From Felis catus (Eukaryota), in NCBI RefSeq assembly GCF_018350175.1, contig NC_058368.1:204478001-204542000 (forward strand): a stretch of DNA of 64,000 bases, given 5' to 3'. The notes under the pieces are model-generated. The model saw only the letters and a list, made by a program, of their open reading frames with translations. It had not been told where the DNA came from and searched no databases. This document shows positions 26,391-37,653 of the stretch, in pieces (within the stretch, counting starts at the first letter, position 1; each line of letters begins with the position of its first letter). The translations under genes were made by a program, and so were the position numbers.

Positions 26391-26905
26391 TGAGCTCAGC
26401 CGCTCCCTTCTCTCGGGACCTGGGAGGGCTCTCATGGGACCGCCAAGACTTCCCCTGGGAGAAACGCTTTCCAGTCCCCGTGGGCTTCTGCGCTGGCGCT
26501 GCTCCGGTAACCGACACTGGCAGAGCCTGGAAGACATGACCCAGGACGTCCGCCCCCCCACCAGGAAACCCCCTAGGAGCCAGAGGCGCCCCGCGTCAGC
26601 CGGACGCCAGCCAGGAGCCAGGCCGCCGCCCGCCCCCGCAGCCTCCCGCGGCGCGATCGCCTCTCTCCGGGACCCACGAGAGGAGCCCGAGGCCTCTGAC
26701 GGTGGGGACCCTTCAGAGGGTCGCCCTGTTCCTGACCCCAGGAGCTACCACCGCACGTCCCAAGGCACTGGATCCGAAGCGCTGTGGCCCAGACGCCCCT
26801 GACCACCAAAGAGCCCTGAGATTTCCGCCGAGACCCTTCTCCGCTCACCATCCTTCGCGCACGGAAGGTGTCACGGAAGGTGACACCTGTGCGTTTGCAG
26901 GATAA
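26391..26905 (+). pseudogene. ANXA2R-family pseudogene, 5'-deleted and frameshifted (unit A)
   Basis: Colinear nucleotide similarity to the 47.8-48.25 kb copy: 26399-26452 vs 47826-47880 (LGGLSWDRQDF vs LGQLSRDDQDF), TLSSPRGLLRWRC vs LLRRPCGLLHQYC, 26580-26595 vs 48016-48031, 26782-26790 vs 48161-48169. Matches switch frames. TATA, ATG and roughly the first 33 codons are missing. Confidence 0.75.
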
Positions 26906-27700
26906 CCACGGAAGCAGTCTTGTCTTCGGAGTCCGCAATTTTCTTTCCGCTACTCACTGACCAAGAACAACGCCAAAGTCTTTATTTCTCCCGCGTGTCC
27001 CCGGTTCGTCTGCCAGGGAGCGACGAGGCGCAGGGGTGCGGGTGGCCGGTGACGGTTCCCGCGCCGGACCCTCGGCCGGCGGGCTCTGCTGCGCGCGGGG
27101 AAGGCGGTGGGGTCTGCGGTGCATTGGGGGTGCAGCGGGGGCGGCCAGGAGTACAGGGTGGCGCTTGGTGGGTCCAGCAAACGATGGTTCCTGGAACAGC
27201 AGGCAGGCGGCCGGCGGCCTCCAGGACTCCGCTCAGCCGGGGAACGCCCCCGCCGCAGGGCCCTGGCCGCTCGGAGCTGGGATCTGTCTCAGAAGCCCTC
27301 GGGGCATCCGCACGTGTCTCTGCCCCGCCACAACCGCACTCCCCCACCCCCCTCTCCAAACTCCCCCAGAAGTTCAGGGGCCCTCAGGCGCCGGCCAGAG
27401 CCCAACGAGTGCCCCTTATCCCTCGACTCTCTGCAGCCTTTTTGCCCAGCGCCTGCCAGCGTCCCCCTAGCTGACCTGCCTCAAGGTCGCTGAGGTGCAA
27501 GGTGATGGACGTCGTGACCTGGACACGTGACCTGAGAAACCGGCCTCCCTGCTGAGAGCGGAGGGTTTGAGGTCGCGGAGGGTTTGAGGGCGCGGAGCGG
27601 CAGTGCTCATTTGCAATCTGCCATCTCTGCGAGGTGACTTTCTCAAGGTGCCTTAACCCCAGCACCGAAGGGACTCCATCCTGGAGGTGGGAGGGAACTC
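26400..27700. promoter_or_regulatory. CpG island over unit A and its downstream block
   Basis: High GC and CpG density, GC box at about 27136-27144, three CACGGAAG motifs (26860, 26872, 26907), E-boxes CACGTG near 27311 and 27524. Confidence 0.75.
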
Positions 27701-28892
27701 TCCCTTGAGAACAATACCGAACAATAAGGCAAGAGTGTCGGGCTCAGCAGGTGCGGCCACTTTAGAATTCCCCAACTAGATGAATGCTAACACGCATCTG
27801 CCCCACCCCCAAGGTTTCTGAGAAGCTATTGTGAACCTGTCAATTTTCTAGTTACAGTATATCTGTATGTAAGTATGTAGCACAGAAATTGAACAATAAT
27901 ATACATACCTTTATGTAGCCAGCTTTGCCTACAAAATGAACTTTCTCAATTTCATTACCCTAGATACATTTCTTTGGGGGTTTACAACGACTTAATTCGT
28001 ACTTCCTATTACTTTTCCCAGTTCTTAGTTTTGACTATAAACATGCCGATCTTGTGGGCGGATTGTGTGTGTGCTAGGGGGAGATGTGTGCTTGTTCGTG
28101 CACCTTGTGTAACAGACTGCCACTTAAGTTTTGTTTTTCGAGAATATGTGTGAGAATATGTGCTTTGTAAATTTCATCACTGTGTTACTCTACCAAATAC
28201 AGTCCTAACTGCAGTGTAAGAAATATGTATTACCCTACAATGTGACAGTCATTGGTAATATCAATGGGTAATAAATATCTTTTCAATTTGGTAGGTGAAA
28301 AATACGTGCTCTTGTTTCAATGTCTGTGTTTTTTGTTTTTAGGAGTTTGAACCTGGTTTAATAAACTTTTTTTACAATAAGAAAATTATGTAATATGAAT
28401 GGTATTTTGCTTTCAACAAAACCGAGGAACTAAATTTTACTTGTTTGAGATGAAGTTTAAGTTCCCTGAGCAATATTGGCTGGAAACTGCCCTGAGTTCC
28501 TTGCCAAGTGGGCTCCTGCAGAGGTCAGCTGGTCACAAGAGATCCTGCCCCAGCAGAGCAAGCCCCAGAGAGAAGTCCGGGAGAGGCTGTGTGAGCAGGC
28601 TGAGGCAGGAGTCAGGTTAAGCATGGAGTCTTTCTCCTGGATAATTTTCTTGCTTGCTCTAGCTCGGGAGCTACACTTTGGTCTTTAGTTTCAGGGTCCT
28701 CTCAACCCTCCACCCTTACCAGCAGCACCAGTCTCAGCTCCTAACCACATCAGACTCTGCATGATTCCATCTTTGGACTACTTTGTGCCAACGGGGATTG
28801 GAGAAGCTCCTTGTTCCTGTCCCAGGACCCCTATGCTAAGAAAATTAACACATAAAGAAGGGATTCAAATTCTTGATTAAAATGACTTATTT

Positions 28893-29108
28893 CTTTTTTT
28901 TAGTGTTTATTTATTTTTGAGAGAAAGAGAGAGAGAGTGCGTGCGTGCACAAGCTGGGGAGGGAGGGAGAGAGAGAGGGAGACACATTCTGAAGCAGGCT
29001 CCAAGCTGTCAGTGCAGATCCCAGTGAGGGGCTCGAACTCAGGAGCCAGGAGATCATCACCTCAGCTGAGGTCGGATGCTTAACCAACTGAGCCACCCAG
29101 GCACCCCT
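28893..29108 (-). mobile_element. CAN-SINE
   Basis: Flanking repeat aaatg(a/g)cttatttc. Confidence 0.9.
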
Positions 29109-29965
29109 GAAATGGCTTATTTCATTCTTGATGGAAGGATGTGTAAGAAAGGAAAGATGTCAGGTTTCAAGATGAAATATTGAGAGAAATTTTTCTTCTT
29201 TAAAGTTTATGGTTTCATCTAAAAAATCACGATCAATATAAAACAAATATTCTTAAAATATCCTGAAAACAGAAAGAAAAACTTCCAATATTTACACATT
29301 ATTAAGGAAGTCTAAATCATTCTTCTAAGATGGTTAAAAGGAAAAGATTATAATAAGTAAATATAATGGTGAATGTGATATCACTGTTGTATTCTTTTTA
29401 TGCTTTTTAGGAACAGAAATGAAATATGCTCAAATAGTTGAAGCATCAAATAACTTATTAGGGGATAATTTTTTTTAATTTAATGGAATAATGAGGACAT
29501 AGTTTAGACTGAACAACAGTAATGGCTTTCAGAACCACAGAGCAAAGTGGGTCCCAAAGAGTAATCAGAAAACACGAATCCACAACTACTACCACTGTTG
29601 ATCTGTTCAGAATCACCAAATCCCTGGCAAGTGTTAGCATACTGGGTCATTCCAAGTGTTTGTGCAGAATGTGTGCGTGGAGTAATCCTCAGGCATTATT
29701 GTTGGAGGGTACGTGTTGCCTGTCTCCTGAAGAATATGGCATTACTCAACGAATTTAGGTTTTTGCACTTTTTCATGGCATAACTCTGTTCATGGGTATA
29801 TATTTTAGAGAAATTCTCTCACAAGGACTATCATATGTGGTGAAGTTGGGTAATTGACATTCTGAGTGTCTACTGTGGGGCAGCAGATAGGTAAAATGTG
29901 ACAGGGGCTCATGGGAGGTTAGTATGTCAGCAGTGGAAACCACAGATGAAATGCACATGTAACAG

Positions 29966-30460
29966 AGGTGTCTAGCTGGGTCAGTCCAAAGAGCATGTGA
30001 CTCTTGATCCTGGGGTAATAAGTTCAAGCCCCATGCTGGGTGTAGAGATTACTAAAAATAAATAAATAAATAAACTTAAAAACATTTTTATTTAAAAATT
30101 TTTTTAACGTTTATTTATTTTTGAGACAGAGAGAGACAGAGCATGAATGGGGGGAGGGTCAGAGAGAGAGGGAGACACAGAATCGGAAGCAGGCTCTGAG
30201 CTGTCAGCACAGAGCCCAACGCGGGGATCGAACTTGTGAACCATGAGATCATGACCTGAGCCCAAGTCGGACACTTAACCGACTAAGCCACCCAGGCGCC
30301 CCTAAAAACATTTTTAAAAAGAGAAATGTAGGGCACCTGGGTGGCTCAGTCGGTTACGTGTGTCCAACTCTTGATCTAGGCTCAGGTCTAGATCTTGACG
30401 GTGTGGTTTCAAGCCCTGCACTGGGCTCTGCTCTGTGCGTGAAGCCTACTTACAAAGAAA
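29966..30460. mobile_element. Cluster of three SINEs: short older CAN-SINE (+, 29966-30080), SINEC_Fc (-, 30083-30303), older CAN-SINE (+, 30330-30460)
   Basis: Three SINE heads and tails. The middle one is flanked by taaaaacattttta. Confidence 0.85.
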
Positions 30461-30874
30461 ATATAAGACAAAAATGTACATGTCACAATTTTATAAACTT
30501 GCAAATGAATGGAAAATACTAAAAAATTACAATTTTAAGGAAGGCATGGGACTTTCCTTTTCCCACCTCTACGAATTACTTCTTTACTCGTTGACCTACA
30601 TATACTCTCACTTCAGCTCCAGCATAAACTACGTTTATGATCTTGTTTTCATCTAACGCTCAGGGTCTCATCTCTAACACCAGGCAATCGTCTCTGATAC
30701 TCTAAAAGAAGGGACATGAGAAGTGTGATTTGTCTACGCGTGCCTGACAAGGAGAGAGGTTTTCTACAGCGGCTGTAAACAGCCAGGAACTTGACTTCTC
30801 TCCCCGAAGACCTTCCTTCTCCCTGCTCCTCCCTTAAGTCCATCACTGAAACCCTTCAAACTCTCAAAAGCGCC

Positions 30875-31079
30875 GCCCACAATGATGCAGTTTTCTCCTT
30901 AATCTTATCCGGCTCCGAGGTAATTTGCAAGGCTAATGAGGGTCAGCCCCAAGTATCAGGACAGTCCTTTCTGAGATCCTACACACGACCGAGCGCTATA
31001 AAAGGGCACACCCAGCGCTGGATGCATCTTCTTTCTCCCAGACTGGCTGCACGTCTCGGCCTGGTCAGAGGCTGAAGCC
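30875..31079 (+). promoter_or_regulatory. Putative promoter and 5'UTR of unit B
   Basis: Upstream module shared with units A and C (30875-30930), TATAAAAG at 30997-31004, possible acceptor tcttctttctcccag at 31027-31041, GCTGAAGCC immediately before the ATG. Confidence 0.6.
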
Positions 31080-31694
31080 ATGGACCCCCATCTGCCCACG
31101 CTGGAAGGGCCGTCTTGCAGGTGGGCACGTTCGGAGCCACTTATGCCCCCGGGTCTGAACCGAGAACAGGCCTGGGCCTGGGCGCTGGATAACTTCCCGG
31201 CGCTGAGCCGCCCCTCCTGCCAACGCCCCCAGTTGTGCGGGGACTGGAACCCCGGTGCGTGCGGGAGGCTGCGCCACGCTGACCCCTGGCACGGAGATGG
31301 TCCCCGGCTTGAGAGGGGCCAGAAACGCTGCCGAGACCCTCACGTCCCGGCTGAGACCGCGATGGAGCTACAGTCACCTCCACGAGAGGCACATGCGACA
31401 GACCGTGTTGCCCGATGGACCCTGAACCGGCCAGGAGATACCAGCGCCAGCGGAGGTGGACAGACCCACGGCCAGACCGCCTCCAGGAGCCCGGGCCGTC
31501 TCCGGAAGCTGCTGAAAACCGCGGCTCAAAGCAAGGTGGAAGCTGGAGAGGGAAAGAATTCCAGCATCGTCGTCGGGGCCCACAGCGCCCCTTCAACCGA
31601 CGCGCTGGAAGGAGCCCGAGACACCCTATGGGGCCCTCATCCTGTCTGTGTGGACTTCTCCTCGCTGGACTGGCCGGACCGAGATGAACCTTGA
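31080..31694 (+). CDS. Single-exon, 204-aa divergent annexin A2 receptor-family protein (unit B)
   Basis: Uninterrupted ATG-initiated ORF in gccATGG context inside a CpG island, with TATA upstream and ATTAAA at 31855-31860. Gapless alignment to unit C: AWALDNFPALSRPS..D.....CGRL......HG vs PWPLPLYPKLGQLS..D.....CGLL......HG. Same start context (GCTGAAGCmATGG) and same upstream module. Confidence 0.68.
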   Translation: MDPHLPTLEGPSCRWARSEPLMPPGLNREQAWAWALDNFPALSRPSCQRPQLCGDWNPGACGRLRHADPWHGDGPRLERGQKRCRDPHVPAETAMELQSPPREAHATDRVARWTLNRPGDTSASGGGQTHGQTASRSPGRLRKLLKTAAQSKVEAGEGKNSSIVVGAHSAPSTDALEGARDTLWGPHPVCVDFSSLDWPDRDEP

Positions 31695-32290
31695 GGTCTC
31701 TGGTGGAGAACCTTCCTTATTTACTTTACCTGTCCTCAATTACCTACAGGTTTTTACATCAGAAAACATTCTTCATGGAATCAGTATCTTGAAAAACTTC
31801 TAGAACCACTGAGAATCGACACAAATTCTAATCTTACTCGAGTTCCACACGACAATTAAAGCCTTTTCTCCTTATTCTCAGCCTGTGGATTTAATTTTGG
31901 GCGGGTGTGGTCCGGACCCGAAGGGAGTGATGGGTTCGGGGCTGAAAGGCTGGTGGGAGCTCATTAAAATCAAAGAAATGCAAATTAAAACAATGAATAC
32001 CAGAGGGGAGGAGGGATAATGGGTGAAATAGGTGAAGGAGATTGAGTTCATTTATAGCGAGGAGCACTGAGTAATGTGTAGAATTTATCCAATGTTGGTA
32101 AACATACAGAAAGAAGTAATTCTCAGTTACTCACTTTGGGAATGAATTTGAAAAGCTCTTTGGGAAGGCAATCTGGCAAATTTATATTAAACATCTCAAT
32201 GAGCATTAATTGGGCCCAGAAATTCTACTTCTTACAAGCAAGAAATTATAAAGACAAGCCTGCTGGAGGAGTTAAGATGGTGGGGGGGGG

Positions 32291-32505
32291 GGGGGCGCCT
32301 GGGTGGCTTGTCGGTTGAGCGTCCGACTTCGGCTCAGGTCATGATCTCACGGTCCGTGAGTTCAGCCCTGCGTCGGGCTCTGTGCTGACCGCTCAGAGCC
32401 TGGAGCCTGTTTCCGATTCTGTGTCTCCCTCTCTCTCTGCCCCTCGCCCGTTCATGCTCTGTCTCTCTCTGTCCCCAAAATAAATAAACGTTGAAAAAAA
32501 AAAAA
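32291..32505 (+). mobile_element. CAN-SINE inside L1 5'UTR
   Basis: TSD aagatggtgg. Confidence 0.92.
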
Positions 32506-34113
32506 GATGGTGGAGGGGGACCCTAAGCTTGTCTCCTTCCTTGAAGACAGCTGGATGGTTATCAAATCATTCAGAAGACCCAAGAAACCAACCAGAGGTC
32601 TGAGAGAACAAAAACTGCAAGTCTACCAGTAGAAAAGGGTCCTTGGTTTGGAAGGGATGAGGTGGAGAGGGTTGCTTGGTGGAGACAGAGCAGTGGGTGT
32701 GGCCGCAGGAAAGGAGGGAAGCCACCGCCAACCATCACAAGCAGTGGAACACAAAATCTCAACTTTGGGAAGTCGGTTCCTGTGAGGACATGCCTGGCTC
32801 AAACGTGCTCAGGTGGCAAAGCGGCATGGAGTCCCAGGAGTGCCAGCATGGCCTGAGGATCCCCTGGGTCGCAAGAAGAAAGGGTGGCTCCAATGTGCGG
32901 CACTGTTCCAAGGCATCGGAGCAGACTCAGGCGGAGAGCAGTGAGCTGGGGTGTCTGCTCTCTGCTCTGTTTTGCCGTTAAGTTCCGAACTGCTGCTTGG
33001 TCGTGGGACCGTCTTCCTTGCACACCCGGCAAGCTGCAAAAACAGGGTGATACCCTCCTCCAGGGGAACAACGCAGGTCACACAGGTCGAGGCGGGGGCC
33101 GTCCCTAAGATGGGGTGTTTTGAAACCCAGTCCCGCGCCTGAGATAAAAAAGCTCAGAACATAGGCAGGGTGAATGCAGGGTTCTGACCGAAATCAGGGA
33201 CACAAGAGGGGTGATTGGTTGCTCTTCTGTGAGGGTTCCCCGAAACGTTGGGGGTGCGGAAACTTTGAGCTCTGGGGCTAGAGAGCGGTCCCGCCACGTT
33301 CATCCCACCCCTTGGCGCTGAAACCTTCAGGAAGCAAAACAGCGGCACCTAGTGGAGGCCAGAGCCGCTTACACCAAACTCCCCACCCCACAGGTGAATC
33401 TCCACTAGGGCAAGCCCACCTGAGAATCAGTGCAACAGGCCCCTCCTCTAGAGACCAGCACAAACAACGTGCTGGCATCGAGTCTACTGATCACAGAGTG
33501 CTGCAAAGCCTTCGCTCTAGGGTAAATAGGATCTAGCTTCCTTTTCATTTTTATTCTGTGATTTTTTATTATGGGTTTTTTATTTCCTTTCTTTTTTTCA
33601 ATCCCTTTTTTATTTTCTTTATTATTTTTAATTCTTATATATATTTTTATTTTATTTCAGATCTAGATTCATTTAACACACAGACCACACACACCCAAGA
33701 TCTAGGTTTTTTAAAATTTTTCTTTTTTCCTTTTTGTTTTTTTCCCTTCTTCTTTTCTGGACAAAATGAGGAGACGTACAAATTCACCTCAAAAGAAAGA
33801 ACAGGAAGTTAATCTCACAGCCAGGGATTTACTCAGTACAGATATAAGTATGATGTCTGAACTAGAATAGAAAACAATGATTGTGAAGATACTAGCTGGG
33901 CTTGAAAAAAGCATAGAAGACACTAGAGAATCCCTTTATGCAGAGATAAAAAAACTAAAATCTAGTCAGGTTGAAATTAAAAATACTAAAACAGATGTAA
34001 ACCCAAATGGAGGCTATACAAAAGAGGATAGATAAGAAGATTTGCATAGGAGAGAATCAGTAAAAAAGAAGTTACAATTATGGGGGGGGGGGAGGAGATG
34101 AAGCTGAAAAAAA

Positions 34114-34156
<43 letters not shown>

Positions 34157-34685
34157 GTAATAAATCGCCAAGGCAGCCTTATGGAACTAAGTGACTTATT
34201 AAAATGGAATAACATTCCTATCATAGGAGTCTCAGAAGAGAAGAGAGAGAAAAAGGGGCAGAAGGTTTATTCAAACAAAGTATAGTTGAAAACTTCCCTA
34301 ATTTGGGGAAGGACACAGATATCAAATTAAAAAAAGCACAGAGAACTCCCATTAGATTCAATAAAAGTTGACCATCACCAAGGCATATCATAGTCAAATT
34401 CACAAAATACACAGACAAGGAAAGAATCTTGAAAGCAGCAAGGGAAAAAAGTCCTTAAGCTACAAGGGAAGACAGATCAGGTTTATAGGAGATCTGTCCA
34501 CAGAAACTTGGCAGTCCAGACAGGAGTGGCAGGATATATTCAACGTACTGAATGGGAAAAATATGCAGCCAAGAATTCTTTATCCAGCAAGGCTGTCATT
34601 CAGAATAGAAGAAGAGATAAACAGTTTTCCAGACAAACAAAAACTGAAGGAGTGAGTGACCACTAAACCAGCCCTGCAAGAAATC

Positions 34686-34910
34686 TTTTTTTTTTTAAAT
34701 TTTTTTTCAACGTTTATTTATTTTTGGGACAGAGAGAGACAGAGCATGAACGGGGGAGGGGCAGAGAGAGAGGGAGACACAGAATCAGAAACAGGCTCCA
34801 GGCTCTGAGCCATCAGCCCAGAGCCCGACACGGGGCTCGAACTCACGGACTGCGAGATCGTGACCTGGCTGAAGTCGGACGCTTAACCGACTGCACCACC
34901 CAGGCGCCCC
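34686..34910 (-). mobile_element. CAN-SINE inside L1 ORF1 end
   Basis: TSD cagccctgcaagaaatctt. Confidence 0.95.
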
Positions 34911-37440
34911 CAGCCCTGCAAGAAATCTTAAGAGGACTTCTTGAGGGGAGAAAAAAAGACCAAAAGCAATAAGGACAAGAAAGGAGCAGAGAACATCACC
35001 AGAAGCACCAAATCTACAGGTAACACAATGGCACTAAATTCATATCTTTTAATAATCACTCTGAATGTAAATGAACTAAATGTTCCAATCAAAAGACATA
35101 GGGTATCAGAATGGATAAAAAAACAAGATCTGTCTGTATGCTGCCTGCAAGAGACTCATTTTAGAACTACAGACACCTGCAGATTGGAAGTGAGGAGATG
35201 GAGAACCATCTATCATGTTAATGGATATCAAAAGAAAGCCAAAATAGCCATATTTATATAAGACAAAGTAGATTTTCAACAGACTGTAACAAGAGATGAA
35301 GAAGAACCTTGTATCATAATTAAGGGGTCTATCCATCAAGATTCTAACAATTGTAAATATGTATTTCCCCAACTTGGAGCACCCAAATATATAAATCAAT
35401 TAATAACAAATGAAAAGAAACTCAATGATAATAATACAACAGTAGTAGGGATGTTAACACCCCACTTACAACAATGGACAGAGTATTTAAGCAGAAAATG
35501 GCTTTGAATGACACACTGGACCAGATGGACTTAACAGATATATTCAGAATACTTCATCCTAAAGCACAGAATACACACTTTTCTCCAGTGCACATGGAAC
35601 ATTCTCCAGAAGAGATCACACATCTGGTCACTAATCAGTCCTCAACAAGGACAAAAGGACTGAGATCATACCATGCATATTTTCAGACCACAACACTATG
35701 AAACCTGAAGTCAACCACAAGAAAAAACTTGGAAAGCCCTCAAATACATGGAGGTTACAGAACATCCTACTAAAGAATGAATGGGTTAACCAGAAAAGTA
35801 AAGAAGAAATACAAATATACATGGAAGCAAATGAAAATTAAAACACAACAGTCCAAAACTTTTGGGATGCAGCAAAGGCAATCCTAAGAGGGAAATGTAT
35901 TGCAATTCGGGCCTATCTCAAGAAGCAAGAAAGGTTCCCAATACACAATCTAACCTTACACCTTAAGCTGGGAGAAAAGGAACAGCAAATAAAGCCTAAA
36001 GAAGGCCAGCAGAAGAAGGGAAATAATAAAGATTAGAACAGAAATAAATGATATAGAAACAAACAAACAAAAAGGAGTAGAACAGATCAATGAAACTAAA
36101 AGCTGGTTCTTTGAAAGTATTGATAAAATAGATAACCCCTAGCCAGACCTATCAGAAAGAAGAGAGAAAGGGCCCACATAGATAAAATCATGAATGAAAG
36201 AGGGGAGATCACAACCAGCATTACAGAAATAAAAGCAATTAGAATACTATGAAAAATTACATGCGAACATACTGGGCGATCTGGAAGAAATGGACAAATT
36301 TCTAGAAGCTTACAAACTGCCAAAACTGAAACAGGAAGAAAAATAAAAATTGAACAGACACATAACCAGCAAAGAAATTGAAATAGCAATAAAAAATCTA
36401 CTAACAAACAAAAGTCCTCAGCCAGATGGCTTCTCAGGGGAATTCTATTAGAAGTTTAAAGAAGAATGAATACCGATTCTTCTCTATCTGTCCAAAAAAT
36501 AGAAATGGAAGGAAAACTTCCAAACTCATTCTATGAAGCCAGCATTACCTTGATTCCAAAACCAAAGACCGCACTAAAAAGGAGAATAACAAGCCTAAGT
36601 CCCTGATGAACATGGATGCAAGAATTCTCAATAAAACACTAGCAAATAAAATTCAATACTATATTAAAAGAATTATTCACCTTGGTCAAGTGGGATTTAT
36701 TTCTCGGATGCAGGGTTGATTCAATATTTGCAAATCAATTAACATGATACAGCACATTAACAAAAGAAAGAATGAGGACCAGATGATCCTGTCAATAGAT
36801 GCAGAAAAAGCATTTGACAAAACACAGCATCCATTCTTGATAAAAACCCTTAACTAAGTATAGGGATAGATGGAACATATCTTAACATTATAAAGGCCAT
36901 ATACAAAAGACCCACAACTAATGTCATCTCCAATAGGGACAAACTTTCCCCATAGTCAGGAACAAAACAAGGATGACCACTCTCACAATTCCTATTCAAC
37001 ATATACTGGAAGTCTTAGCCTCAACAATCAGACAACAAAAAGAAATAAAAGGTATCCAAATTGGCAAGGAAGAAGCCAAGCTTTCACTATTTTCACACAA
37101 CCTGATACTCTATGCAGAAAACGTGAAAGACTCCACCAAAAAATTGCCAGAACTAATACATGAATTCAGCAAAGTCACAGGATATAATATCAGTGTGGAG
37201 AAATCTTTTGCATTTCTATACACCAATAATGAAGCAAGCAGAAAAAGAAATTAAAAAATCGATCCCATTTACAATTGCATGAAAAACAATTAGATACATA
37301 AGAATAAACCTAACCAAAGAGGTAAAAGATCTGTACTCTGAAAACTACAGAGCATGTATGAAAGAAATTGAAGTGGATACAAAGAAATGGAAAAGCATTC
37401 CATGCCCATGGATTGGAAGAACAAACATTGTTAAAATGTC

Positions 37441-37653
37441 GGGGGCGCCTGGGTGGTGCAGTCGGTTGGGTGTCCGACTTCAGCCAGGTCGTGATCTCGC
37501 GGTCCGTGAGTTCGAGCCCCGCATCGGGCTCTGGGCTGATGGCTCAGAGCCTAGAGCCTGTTTCCAATTCTGTGTCTCCCTCTCTCTCTGCCCCTCCCCT
37601 GTTCATGCTCTGTCTCTCTCTGTCCCAAAAATAAATAAACGTTGAAAAATAAA
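37441..37653 (+). mobile_element. CAN-SINE inside L1 ORF2
   Basis: TSD taaaatgtcg. Confidence 0.95.

Noticed and set aside
26377..26802. 141-aa ORF as an intact gene
   Set aside because: GTG start; family similarity enters this frame only part way and the start region is deleted, so it is treated as pseudogene.
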